Shown piece after piece: positions 1 to 12,600 of a stretch of 64,000 nucleotides of DNA (its first letter is position 1; each line of letters starts with the position of its first letter). The translations under genes and the position numbers were made by a program. Below the pieces are notes generated by a model. The model saw nothing but the letters and a program-made list of their open reading frames with translations, was not told the DNA's origin and ran no database searches. The DNA is from Mobula birostris (taxonomy: Eukaryota). The stretch lies in NCBI RefSeq assembly GCF_030028105.1, contig NC_092397.1, positions 25,864,630 to 25,928,629 of the forward strand. The letters are read 5' to 3'.

Positions 1-586
1 TGTAGTCTGGCGTACTGACCTCTACCCTGCAGAGGCACAGCGATAACTCGCGGATACCTCCTCTTATTTACCCCTCAATCGTGACTCCACTAAGGAGCAC
101 CAGGCCATTGTCTCCCACACCATCACCGACTTTATCCGTTCAGGAGATCTCCCATCCACTGCTACCAACCTTATAGTTCCCACACCTCGCACTTCCCATT
201 TTTACCTCCTACCCAAGATCCACAGACCTGCCTGTCCTCGCAGACCTATTGTCTCAGCTTGCTCCTGCCCCACCGAACTCATTTCTGCATACCTCGACAC
301 GGTTTTATCCCCCCCTTGTTCAATCCCTTCCTACCTATGTTTGTGACGCTTCTCACGCTCTGATACTTTTCGATGATTTTAAGTTCCCTGACCCCCACTG
401 CTTTATTTTCACCATGGATGTCCAGTCCCTATATACTTCTATTCCCCATCAGGAAGGTCTCAAAGCTCTCCATTTCTTTTTGGATTCCAGACCTCAGCAG
501 TTCCCCTCTACCACCACTCTGCTCCGTCTAGCAGAATTAGTCCTTACTCTTGATAATTTCTCCTTTGGCTCCTGGCACTTCCTCCA
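1..586 (+). mobile_element. Penelope-like element (PLE) reverse transcriptase fragment, frameshifted
   Basis: Reads TPRTSHFYLLPKIHRP..RPIVSACSCPTE and FTMDVQSLYTSIPHQEGL..LVLTLDNFSFG..HFLQ, typical PLE RT motifs; truncated at 586. Confidence 0.85.
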
Positions 587-733
587 GACTGTACCTCTTC
601 CTACAGATGCTGCCTGGCCTGCTGCGTTCACCAGCAACTTTGATGTGTGTTGCTTGAATTTCCAGCATCTGCAGAATTCCTCGTGTTTGCGTCTCTAGGA
701 AGAGGTGCAGTTGACGTTTCAGGCCTAGACCCT
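587..733 (+). mobile_element. PLE pseudo-LTR fragment plus a short inverted piece with a partial hammerhead (stem II-GAAAC-GTC on minus)
   Basis: gactgtacctcttcc..agatgctgcctggcctgctgcgttcaccagc.. shared with copies at 32556, 42168 and 48568; 693-733 is an inverted copy (minus strand agggtctaggcctgaaacgtcaactg). Confidence 0.75.
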
Positions 734-1184
734 AACAGAAGTATTTCTTTTAAAAACAGCAAGTTTGAAAATTTATGTTTTCTGCTGAGATCGCATCTGG
801 AATATCATGCACGTGTCTGGTCTTCCTAACTGAGCAAAGATATGCTTGTGTATTGCAGCTGAGTTCAACGGGTTGTTGAAACGGGCACAAGGGAATGATG
901 TTTCTCATGTTCGACTATATACACACAGTGGCCTCTTTATTAGGTACACCTACTCATTAATGCAAATATCCTCAGCAGCCAATCAAGTGGCAGCAACTCA
1001 ATACATATTTATTACACATTATTATTGCAAATTATTGCACATTGGTAAATTATTGTGCATGTTATTATTCTGTACTTTGTTATTAGTTAAGTCTGCACAC
1101 TGCTAAATGTGTCTTTAAATGTTGCTGCTGTAATGAAAGAATTCCCTACTAGGGATCAATGAAGTACTTATTATTATTATTACA

Positions 1185-1495
1185 ATGAAAGCTCAACATC
1201 AGGCTCTTCAATAAAAGAGGATAACTACACTCACTTGCCCCATCATTGAAATGTTCCCACAACCAATGACCTCACCTTAAGGACTCTTTATCTCATGCTC
1301 TTGTTATTTATTGCTATTTATTTATATCTGTATTTGCAGAGTTTGTTGTCTTCTGCACTCTAGTTGACCTTTCATTGATCCTGTTATAGTTACCATTCTA
1401 TAGATTTGCTGAGTATGCCCAATGGAAAGTGAATCTCATGGTTGTATATGGTGATATGCATGTAGTTTGATAATAAAATTTACTTTGAACTTTGA
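1185..1495 (+). mobile_element. Rex1/Babar-type LINE 3' UTR fragment
   Basis: Similar to the 3' end of the LINE at 7780-8034 (aaaagaggata..acactca..tatagatttgct..aaatttactttgaac). Confidence 0.55.
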
Positions 1496-2566
1496 AAGGA
1501 ATCAAGGGATGCAAGACTTGTGAATAGATTAGAAAGAGATCAACAAATTCTGAATTACAGAGAAGGCCCACAGAGCTGAATGGCCTAACTCTTGCTGCTA
1601 TTTATGTACATAATAAACCCAAAATTTATACAGAGCTTGAGTTGAGACTGTGTTGCTGCCTGCCACTCAGAGGTATCGGAGTTGGTACGTGAAAGATTGT
1701 CATGGTTATTTCACTCGCAATCGCAAGACTCTTTTGCAGAGTGATAGTGTAAGTTGCCGCAGGCCTGTTACACTTGTCTGGTGGTGCGATAGTAGAAGCC
1801 ACGTAGCCCCGATTGTAGTGGGGACGAGTCCTCGAGCAGCAGGCTTGCCTGCAGCTGCAGGCCAGGTGAGGGACGCTGGAGGCGGTGCAACGTGGCATCT
1901 GCGCTCAGCAGGGGGCTGGCCTCTCCCGTTGGTGCTGCCCTCTCCTGTTCGAGTGGTGGAACAACAGTCTGGACTGCACGTGTCTGCACACTGCCAGGAG
2001 ATTGTACCATTGATTGCAGGACAGGTCACTGAGGGTCTTGGACTACATATATGTTCTTATCCCACGTGAAGAGGCTTCTCTACACACTTTTTTGAATGCA
2101 CTATGTTGTTCGTTCTGCACCATGTCCCCCGAGGGACGCTGCCTCATTCACCCTATCTATTACGGCTGAATGATAATTAAACTTGATTTGATTTGTATCT
2201 CACTCTGCTGACAGGATAAAACAAACAGGGAGAAAGAAAGTGACACAATTTACATGACACAAAGTAAGGCTTTCATTGTACAGATCCAGTCAATTTCCCA
2301 TTCTTACAGATATGGTAAAAAGTTTATATTTCAGACTGGATGGAATAAAGCTGAAAATAAACTATCCTTCCTGTTCTTTCTGAAGCTATCTGATTTCTAA
2401 ATCTATCTAGATTATTTACAAATTAACAAAATGAGATCACATGATTAGAATCTCTTTGCTTGATATAAATGATGTGGTAGCAGCTTTGAGGGCCACTTGA
2501 TAGTCCTGAAATCGAACCTCAGTGCAGACTAGCACCTTCAGCTTCCCTGCTTGAATGAAGCTGCAC

Positions 2567-2697
2567 AAATGGGAGATCATTTCCCGCAGCAAACCTGGCA
2601 AAATGGGAGATCATTTCCTGCAGCAAACCTGGCAAAATGGGAGATCATTTCCTGCAGCAAACCTGGCAAAGTCGGAGATCATTTCCTGGAGCAAACC
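2567..2697. repeat. Minisatellite, 34-bp unit, about 3.8 copies
   Basis: aaatgggagatcatttcctgcagcaaacctggca; the atggg anchor recurs at 2569, 2603 and 2637. Confidence 0.95.
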
Positions 2698-2885
2698 ACA
2701 GACATCCCACCCTGCAAAAACTCATTTCAGGGAGGTATCACCACCATTTCAGGGAGGTAGCTCCCCCGCCCCCTGCAACACCATATTCCCCCCTCCCGCC
2801 TGTCGACCTCCAAGTGTGTATGTAATACTTTGTTTAGCGATTTTGTCTAATCTGTAAACCAGGTTGGGTATACTAGTGCACAGAG

Positions 2886-3740
2886 TCTTTTCATCTTCAG
2901 AAGTTTTCTGATGACTCTGCCATAGTTGGATGCATCAGCAAGGGAGATGAGGCTGAGTACAGGGCTACGGTAGGAAACTTTGTCACATGGTGTGAGCAGA
3001 ATGATCTGCAGCTTAATGTGAAAAAGACTAAGGAGCTGGTGGTAGACCTGAGGAGGGCTAATGGACCGGTGACCCCTGTTTCCATCCAGGGGGTCAGGGC
3101 GGACATGGTGGAGGATTACAAATACCTGGGGATACGAATTGACAATAAACTGGACTGGTCAAAGAACACTGAGGCTGTCTACAAGAAGGGCCAGAGCCAT
3201 CTTTATTTACTGAGGAGACTGAGGTCCTTTAACATCTGCCGGATGATGCTGAGGATGTTCTACGAGTCTGTGGTGGCCAGTGCTATCATGTTTGCTGTTG
3301 TGTGCTGGAGCAACAGGCTGAGGGTAGCAGACACCAACAGAATCAACAAACTCATTCGTAAGGCCAGTGATGTTGTGGGGATGGAACTGGACTCTCTGAC
3401 TGTGGTGTCTGAAAAGAAGATGCTGCCCAAGTTGCATGCCATCTTGGACAACGTCTCCCATCCACTACATAATGTACTGGGTGGGCACAGGAGTACATTC
3501 AGCCAGAGACTCATTCCACTGAGATGCAACACAGAGTGTCATAGGAAGTCATTCCTGCCTGTGGCCATCAAATTTTAGAACTCCTCCCTTGGAGGGTCAG
3601 ACACCCTGAGCCAATAGGCTGGTCCTGGACTTATTTCCTGGCATAATTTACATATTACTATTTAACTATTTATTATTTATGGTGCAACTGTAACGAAAAC
3701 CAATTTCTCCCAGGATCAATAAAGTATGACTATGACTATA
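2886..3740 (+). mobile_element. Rex1/Babar-like LINE, 5'-truncated RT C-terminus and tail
   Basis: FSDDSAIVG..QLNVKKTKELVVDLRR..YKYLG..RRLRSF (ORF 3018-3578); tail aataaagtatgactatgactat. Confidence 0.85.
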
Positions 3741-4070
3741 TGCAGCAAATGTGACATTAAAATATGTGTTATATTATATTTTATTATCATGTTTATTCTA
3801 TTACAACTTTAAGCAAGTCTGCAGGGAGGTTGGCCTCATCACGTAGGACATCAATAGCGTTGCTCCTTAGCAGCTAACCAGCTAGTTTAAATAACGTTAC
3901 CTATGCTGTAATGACACCTGTTAAACTCACCTCAACATGTCTTTTACATTTTAACCCACCATGGGCAATAGAAAGGTCACTGTTGCAAAAGGTGCAGCGA
4001 GCAACACTGCCATTATTTTTGAGGTCGACTGTAAAGCCCGCCCACAGAGAAAACTGATAGGTCTACTTAG

Positions 4071-4764
4071 CAGCGGTGCCCAACATTTTCTGCACCGCAG
4101 ACCGGTTCAATATTGACAATATTCTTGCGGACCGGCCGACCCGGGGGCGGGGAGCGGGGGGCGGTGTTAATCACGACCGGAATATAGGTGATAAGTCAAT
4201 AGCATCATAACATTTTAAGTAACGTTTGGATATTAAACACACAGCGCATATTTTCCCCGTGTAAACATATAAATTCATTGCAACACACCAATATCGCTGA
4301 ATCAGTGTGAGCCCTGGGCTTGTTTTCCTGCAACAAGACGGTCCCATCGAGGGGTGACAAGAGACAGTGATACTCGAAGGGGGTTCCTTATGTCCAGTCT
4401 ATTCCGCAATTTAGTTTTCGTTGCATTCATTGCAGAAAACTCCGCTTCGCAGCGATATGATGTTGGAAATGGACGCAACGTTTTCAGTGCTTTCGTGTCT
4501 ATCTCAGGATAGTAAGCCTTGACTTTGATCCAGAATGCCGGCAGAGATGTTATGTCAAACATACTTTTCAGCCCGCCGTCACTTACAAGCTCCAGGAGTT
4601 GATCTTTTTCCCGCGCTGACATGGATGAGGCGTGCGTAATGACCTCGCGTGCGTTCGAGCTCAACAGTGCGTGACAGGGAGTGAGGAAAGGTGCAGCTGA
4701 CTCATATCGTTTCATATCGCCAAATCATATTGTTTCCTCACGGCCCGGTGGTTGGAGACCACTC
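4071..4764 (-). mobile_element. hAT Charlie/Buster-type internally deleted element with transposase C-terminal dimerisation domain
   Basis: ORF 4302-4715: LPAFW..YPEI..KALKTLRPFPTSYRCEAEFSAM..KTKLRNRLD..LRVSLS..PRWDRLV..KQAQGSH; imperfect TIRs cagcggtgcccaac / gttggagaccactc. Confidence 0.85.
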
Positions 4765-5013
4765 TCAGCACGAAGAGAGACCAAACAGGATGCTCGCTCT
4801 CCCTCTCAAAAATAAATCTATTTCCGGGATATTGTATATAATTCCGGGCGTCAGGGAGCCACTATCGATATGCGGGAGACTCCCGGATCTTCCGGGAGAG
4901 GTGGGATGTCTGAAACCTGCCTCAATGACCGGAGAGTGAAGCTGGCTGGAGGCAAGGCCCTTGTGGTTTGGCTTTTGGGAGGGTCACCCATGCCAAAGTG
5001 GGACCGATAGTAA

Positions 5014-5640
5014 TGTGGAGCATAGTAATGGACACTGGATACCCCCCTAATTTTCTTATATTATGTTCATATTATTTTTAGTGCTTTGGTTTTGTTATTT
5101 GGTGCATTGACAATTTGATTAATGTTCAGTGGGTTGGTTGATGGTTACAAGGGGCAAAGCTTATCCAGGCAGTTGGGGCAGCTGAGGGGTCCCGGGGACG
5201 TGATGGAGTGGACGGAGACGGCCCGGCAGCGTGCGTGGAAAGCCGATGCGCTGTGTTCCGGTGTTTCCAGAAAGGAAAATAAAGAGGCTATTTTAAACTT
5301 CTGCACGCCTGGAAGTCCCTTTTGTGTGCAACAAATATTTGGTGCCGGAACCCGGGACAATTAACGTCGCTCAGTGTGGCCACAACGAGGACACGGATCG
5401 CGTTTGATGGAGAGCGGGAGCGCGCTTCTTTGGGGGCGCGGCTGCTTCACACATAATGGATCGGGGGGAGTTGGCAGAGACCTTGTCTCAGAGCCTATGG
5501 CTTTTGCAACTGGATCAGCTCAAAGAGGTGTGTGTGGAAGCTAAGATCCCGTGTGAACATGTTACCACAAGGCGAACGTTAATTAGACTAATTACTGAAT
5601 CTAAGGACAATGTAATTAATAATGAAGAGGAGGATATTCC
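5014..5640 (+). mobile_element. LTR retrotransposon 5' end (Gypsy-like): LTR, tRNA-Phe PBS and start of a gag-like ORF
   Basis: TG..CA LTR about 5014-5333 with AATAAA; PBS TGGTGCCGGAACCCGGGA at 5340-5357, one mismatch from the complement of the tRNA-Phe 3' end; ORF from ATG 5456. Confidence 0.75.
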
Positions 5641-5769
5641 ACTATTTGTCTTCTTTTGCACATGATTTGTCTGTCAGTCTTTGCTGTCTGTAGTTTTCAT
5701 CAATTCCATTGTATTCATTTTCCTGTAGATATCTGAAAGAAAATGAATCTGAAGTAGTAACCTTTTGCA

Positions 5770-8034
5770 TCAGAGGTCCCAACACACTAGGGCACTGCTA
5801 CACCACGATCAGGAATGCCTGTTGTTGTTAAGTTGGATCATTTGACTGTACTCCTGCTACCTGCATACAGACAGAGACTAAGGAACAAGGCTCCAGATAT
5901 CCAGATAACCGAGGGGTGGTGTTGGGAGGCAGAGGAACGGTTACAGGATTGCCTTGAGTCAGCAGGCTGAGCCATGTTCAAGAACTCATCGAAGGACCTG
6001 AAGGACGACACCGGGGTCACTACAGACTTCAATAAAACAGCTGTGGAGGCGTGTGTCCCCACAAAATCATTCAGGGTTTTCCCAAATCAGAGGCTCTGGG
6101 TAAGTACTGAGATCTGGAACCAGCTGAGCACCAGATCAGATCCATTCAGGTCTGGAGATCAGGAATACTACAAGAGCTGCAGGTATGATCTGCGGAAAGC
6201 CATCTCTTGGGCAATGTGGAGATTCTGGAATAGAATGGAATAAAAGAGTGATGCTCAAGATCTGTGTCAGGGTTTGAATGCCAGAACCTCCTGCAAAGGT
6301 AAATAGTGACAAAGGGGACAGCAGAGCTTCGCTTCCAGACGAGCTCAATGCCTTCTATGCTCACTTTGGACAGGCAGAAGAGGGAGGAAACATCGCGCAC
6401 CCCCCTGTCTCCCGATGGTCATTTGGTCTCAGTATCTGAAGATGACGTGCAGACTGCCTTCAAGAGAGTGAATCCAAGGAAAGCATCTGGTCTGGATGGA
6501 GTACCTGGCCGAGTACTGAAGACCTGTGCTGACCAGCTGGCTGGTGTATTCACGGATATCTTCAACCTCTCGATCTGGCAGTGTGTGGAACCCACCTACT
6601 TCAAGGAAGCTTCAATCATATCGGTGCCCAACAGGAGCGTGGTAACCTGTCTGAATGACTATTGCCCAGTGGCACTTACATCCACAGCGATGAAGTGTTT
6701 CGAGAGGCTTGTGTTGAAGCATATCAGCTCTTGTCTGAATGGTGACTTGGATCCTCTCCAATTCACCTACCGAAGCAACAGCAGATGCTGTCTCGTTGTC
6801 TCTTCACACAACTCTGGAACATCTGGACAGCAAAGGTGCAAACATCTGGATGCCCTTTATTGATTACAGATCAGCACTTAACACTGTCATCCCCTCAAAA
6901 CTGATCAGTAAACTCCCAGACCTGGGCCTCAATACCCCCTTGTGCAATTGGATCCTGGATTTCCTCAGTTGCAAAACCCAGTCAGTCCGGATTGACAAGA
7001 AACATCTCCTCCACAGCACAGGAGTCCCACCCAGAGTGTGCTTAGCTCCCCGCACCCCCCCCCCCCACTCACTTTACTCCGACAGTATGAATGTGTGGCC
7101 AAGTACACTTCCAACACCATTTACAAGTTTACTGATGACACAACTGTTGTGGGCTGTATCAAAGAGGGTGATTAATCGGCATACAGGAGGGACTCTGAAA
7201 ACTTCGCTGAGTTGTGTAATATCAACAACCTCTCACTCAATGTGGATGAGACCAAGGGACTGATTGTGACTTTAGGAGGGGAAACCCAGAGGTCCATGAG
7301 CCAGTAATCAAAGGACGATTAGAGGCGGAAAGGGTCGGTAACTTTGAATTTCTGTGTGTCACTCTCTGAGGACCTGTCCTGAGCCCATCATATAAATATT
7401 ATTGTGAAGAAGTCCCGACTGCACCTCTGCTTCCTCAGGGCACTCAGAGATTCAGCCGGTCATCGAAAACTTACCAAACTTCTATAAATATGTGGCAGAA
7501 TGTGTGCTGACTGGCTGCATTACGGCATGGTATAGGAACACCAATGCCTTTGAGTGGGAAATCCTACAAAAGGTAGTGGATTCGGCCCGGTATATCACGG
7601 GTAAAATCCTCACAACCACTGAGCACATCCACATGAAACATTGCCGTAGGAAAGCAGCGTCCATCAGCAAAGATCCTCACCACCCAGGCAATGCTCTTTT
7701 CTCACTGCTGCCATCAGGTATAAGGTACAGGTACCTCAGTACTCGCCCCACCAGCTTCAAGAACAATTACTACCCCTCAATCATCAGTGTCCTGAACAAA
7801 AGGGGATAGATACACTCATGTCAGGACTGTTATATCGTTATTTCATGCTTGTTATTTATTGCTATTCATTTTTCTGCATTTACACAATTTGTTTACAGTT
7901 TATATTTCCTCATATTTACAGTTCACGGTTACTGTTCTATAGATTTGCTAAGCATGCCCGCTGAACAAGAATCTCTGGCTATCTGTGGTGACACGTATGT
8001 ACTGTGAGAGTAAATTTTAATTTGATCTTTGAAC
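5770..8034 (+). mobile_element. Rex1/Babar-like LINE, degenerate ORF2 and 3' UTR
   Basis: [43 protein letters not shown]; FIDYRSALNTVIP; multiple frameshifts. Confidence 0.9.
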
Positions 8035-8339
8035 TATATGGTGCCTTATGCGAAGTGTGATAACAACTTACTTTGGATTAATATTTTGGCTTTGACAATA
8101 TTTTTCCGTGACGTTTTTTTCCAGTGATCTAGTTCCAACATCTTTCATCCCAGATTATAAAAGATTATCCACACAAAAATATACAAAATACAAACATGAC
8201 ATATTTATAAGATCGAAGAGCTAAATTATATGAATGTTACTGTGTATAACACACTCAATTCCAGGGAATGGGGGAGTGGGTCAGCGTCCCTGGAAATCTC
8301 CCACTCTCTCCATTCTGTTTACAATGGTGACAAGTTTTT

Positions 8340-8587
8340 CAGCCGCTCTGCTGATTGACAGCTCCCTCTGCCCCGCCTCCCCGGCTGTCGGGTTACTGTC
8401 ACGTGACTCCATGCGATTGTTGACCCGTGGCGCGCTGACGTCACAAAGCCCTACAGTCACCGTCGTCGTTTCCGTGGAAACGGTCCAGTGCGGGAAGTCC
8501 GAGATGGTGGAGCCGGTCTCCACTTGTTGGGGTTTCGGCTCCGCTGTGGGATCCGCCTCTCCTCTTCCTGCCCGCGGAACAGTGAGT
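8340..8587 (+). promoter_or_regulatory. CpG-rich promoter-like segment with a probable first exon
   Basis: GC box, GTCACGTGAC at 8398-8407, CRE TGACGTCA at 8436-8443, X-box-like GTTTCCGTGGAAAC at 8468-8481, ETS-like GGGAAGT, splice donor GTGAGT at 8582. Confidence 0.6.
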
Positions 8588-9653
8588 GTCTGTCAGCGCC
8601 TCACTGCACCGGCTCTCTGCCTCAGGTACAATATTTAAAACATATTTGCACAGTCACATGGATGGGAAAGGTTGAGAGGGATTCGGGCCTAATGCAGGCA
8701 GATGGGCCGAGTTCAGGTCGACAACTTGGTCGGCGGGGATGAGTTGTACTGAAGGGACTGTTTCATTTCTGTATAAACCAGTGACTCTGTTTTGGGAGTT
8801 AATTCCGGATGCCAGCTATTCTCTGTGTGAAATATTTACCCCTCAGATCCCCTTTAAATCTGTCTTTAAACAGTTTTGTCCAACTCTAATGAGAGGCAGT
8901 TCTTTGGCTGACAAGGCAAGTAGAACACACAACCCTGTCTACCTGTGATGCCACATACAGGGAACTGTGTAACAATATCAGAGGCACATGCACAGGGGCT
9001 TCAGTGAGCAAGGCCCAGAGGGATATGAAACTAATGCAGGAAAGTGGGATTAGTACAGCTGTGCATGATGGGGAACATAAATGTGATGCGCCAGAGGGTC
9101 AGTTTCTATCCTGTACAACCCTGACCACAGCAGTCCTCCACTGCAGTGAGGTTTGTCACCTTCATTCTCAGCTGTGAGCTTGTTCCACTGAACCCCTTAC
9201 CCTCTGAGAAAACATTTACACCCTCCCACTGTGACCAAGGTGTCAGACATATCTCCTAATATCACCCAGAATACTTCACCAAATTCCCAGACAAAAGTAT
9301 TGTTACTGGTGCACAGGGAATGGCAGCATTTTGGTAGCCTTTTGAGGGGGTTGGTTCAGTATGTGGCCATTAGTACCTTTGTCCAACAAAAATCCATCGT
9401 ACTGGGTTCTCAATGTTTTAGCTGAGTCCACCCTGAAGTTCTGTGTTCCAGATTCCCCCTGCACTTTCACAGTCAGTGGTTTCTGCGTGTCTATACCGAC
9501 CATTGAGAATCTGTCCCCACTAACTCAGCACTTGGTCTGTCTCCTACCCTGCCTTGGTGATTCAAATGCTCATCCAGATGGTCCTTAAATACCAGCCTGC
9601 ACCACCCCCTCAGGCAGTGTGTTCCAGATTGCAGTCTCCCTCTGGGGAGAGAG

Positions 9654-12600
9654 GAAATATAGAAAACCTACAGCACAATACAGGCCCTTCAGCCCACAAA
9701 GTTGTGCCAAACATGTAGCTACCTTTGAAATTACTACGGTTACCCATAGCCCTCTATTTTTCTAAGCTCCATGTACCTATCCAAAAGTCTCTCAAAAGAC
9801 CCTATCGTATCGGCCTCTACCACCATTGCTGGCAGCCCATTCCACGCACTCACCATTCTCTGTGTAAAAAAAAACTTACCCTGACATCTCCTCTGTACCT
9901 ACTCCCAAGCACCTTGAACCTGTGCCCTCTTGTGGCAGCCATTTCAGCCCTCGGAAAAAGCCTCTGACTATCTACACAGTTAATGCCTCGCATCATCTTA
10001 TACACCTCTATCAGATCACCTCTCATCCCCCGTCGCTCCAAGGAGAAAAGGCCGAGTTCACTCAACCTATTCTCATAAGGCATGCTCCCCAATCCAGGTA
10101 TCATCCTTATAAATCTCCTCTGCACCCTTTCTGTGGTTTCCACATCCTTCCTGTAGCGAGGCGACCAGAACCGAGCGCAGTACTCCAAGTGGCATCTGAC
10201 CAAGGTCCTATATAGCTGCAACATTACCTGTTGGCTCCTCAGTTCAATTCCAGGATTGATGAAGGCCAATGCACCGTATGCCACCTGAACCACAGAGTCA
10301 ACCTGCGTAGCTGCTTTGAGTGTCCTATGGACTCTGACCCCAAGATCCCTCTGGTCCTCTACAATGCCAAGGGTCTTACCATTAATACTATATACTCTCA
10401 TCATATTTGACCTACCAAAGTGAACCACTTCACACTTATCTGGGTTGAACTCCATCTGCCACTTCTCAGCCCAGTTTTGCATCCTATCAATGTCCCGCTG
10501 TAACCTCTGACAGCACTCCACACTATTCACAACACCCCCAACCTTTGTGTCATCAGCAAACTTACTAACCCATTCCTTCACTTCCTCATCCAGGTCATTT
10601 ATAAAAATCACGAAAAGGGTCCCAGAGCAGATCACTGAGGCACACCACTGCTCAACGACCTCCATGCAGAATATGACCCGTCTACAACCACTCTTTGCCT
10701 TCTGTGGGCAAGCCAGTTCTGGATCCGCAAAACATTGTCCCCTTGGATCCCATGCCTCCTTACTTTCCCAATAAGCCTTGCATGAGGTACCTTATCAAAT
10801 GCCTTGCTGAAATCCATTTGCACTACATCTACTGCTCTCCCTTCATGAATATGTTTAGTCACATCCTCAAAAAATTCAATCAGGCTCGTAAGGCACGACC
10901 TGCCCTTGACAAAGCTATGCTGACTATTCCTAATCATATTATACCTCTCCAAATGCTCATAAATCCTGCCTCTCAGGATCTTCTCCATCAGCTTACCAAC
11001 CACTGAAGTAAGACTCACTGGTTAATAATTTCCTGGGCTATCTCTGCTCCCTTTCTTGAATGAGGGAACAACATCCGCAATCCTCCGGAACCTCTCCTGT
11101 CCCCATTGATGATGCAAAGATCATCGCCAGAGGCTCAGCAATCTCTTCCCTCGCCTCCCGCAGTATCCTAGGTACATCTCATCCTGTCCCGGCGACTTAT
11201 CCAACCTGATGCTTTCCAAAAGCTCCAGCACATCCACTTTCTTAATATCTACATGCTCAAGCTTTTCAGTCTGCTGCAAGTCATCACTAAACTCATCAAG
11301 TTCCTTTTCTGTAGTGAATATTGAAGTAAAGTATTCATTAAGTACCTCTGCTATTTCTTCTGGTTCCATACACACTTTCCCACTGTCACATTTGATAGGT
11401 TTTATCCTTTCACGTCGTATCCTCTTGCTCTTCACATACTTGTAGAATGCCTTGGGGCTTTCCTTAATCCTGCCCGCCAAGGCCTTCTCATGGCCCCTTC
11501 TGACTCTCCTAATTTCCTTCTTAAGCTCCTTCTTGTTAGCCTGACAATCTTCTAGATCTCTGACATTACCTCACCCTCTGAACCTTTTGTAAGCTTTTCT
11601 TTTCTTCTTGTCTAGATTTACTGCAGCCTTTTTTGTACACCACTGTTCCTGTACCCTACCATAACTCCCCTGTCTCATTGGAACATACCTATGCAGAACT
11701 CCACACTGTCACGTACCCCGTAACTGGGTTGCCAAACCAGCAGAAATGGAACGCTTGTTGGAGTCTGTGATTACGAGGAACTATTAAATTTTTATTAAGG
11801 AAATAAGTAATACAGTACACTAATCGCAAGGATATAAATGTAACAGGTTCACAATGATAATATCCACATATACACAGAAATAGGGTAATAGGAATCAACC
11901 AAGCTCTATCGTAGTCTAGGGGTAAAATGATCAGTCTTAAGCAGAGTTCAGTTCAGTTTAGTGCAGTTCGAAGTAATCACTGTTGTTGTACCGTTGGAGG
12001 GAGGGAGGGAGAGAGATATATAGAGATGCAGTTGGTTTCGGGCAGATCTTTTGATATCTTCTGATCCCGCTGTGGTCACCGACTGTGGCCACTCTGTTCC
12101 GGATACGATCATTCTTCCGCAGTGAACCCGGCACTCAGGCAAGGGCGGACACACACCCCGAGAGCATCTGATCAATTCCCGCGAACCGGTCCTCCAAACT
12201 CCACCAACTTGTGGGGCACACTGCCCTTTCCAGGGTCTCGTGGTGTGTCTCGTGCCTCTTTTTATCCCCCTGCTGGGGTATCACCTGTCCATCAAACTTC
12301 AAACAATTCAGGTTCAAAGCAAATGGTCTGTCAATATGTTTCTCCATTGTCTTCCATTATCTCTCTCATTAGCATCATCCGTCCGGTAGCTCTGCTTGGC
12401 GACACACATGACAACAGAAATATTCCCTGAACATTTGCCACATTTCTCCCGTACCTTTCCTTGAGAACATCAGTTCCCAATTTAAGCTTCCAAGTTCCTG
12501 CCTGATAGCCTCATAATTCCCCTTACTCCAATTAATCGCTTTTCTAACTTGTCTGTTCCTAGCTCTCTCCAATGCTATTGCAAAGAAGATAGAATTATGA

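Larger units (their letters stand above)
2699..4912. mobile_element. Non-autonomous DNA transposon with 13-bp TIRs, hosting nested insertions
   Basis: CAGACATCCCACC at 2699-2711 and GGTGGGATGTCTG at 4900-4912; flanks aaacca / aaacct (possible 6-bp TSD, 1 mismatch). Confidence 0.75.

Noticed and set aside
5340-5357. tRNA-Phe gene
   Set aside because: It is only an 18-nt complement of the tRNA 3' end directly after an LTR, i.e. a primer-binding site. I saw no tRNA, rRNA or snRNA genes in the window.
9303-9503. 66-aa minus ORF as an exon of a real gene
   Set aside because: No recognisable motif or convincing splice sites; cannot be supported without a search.
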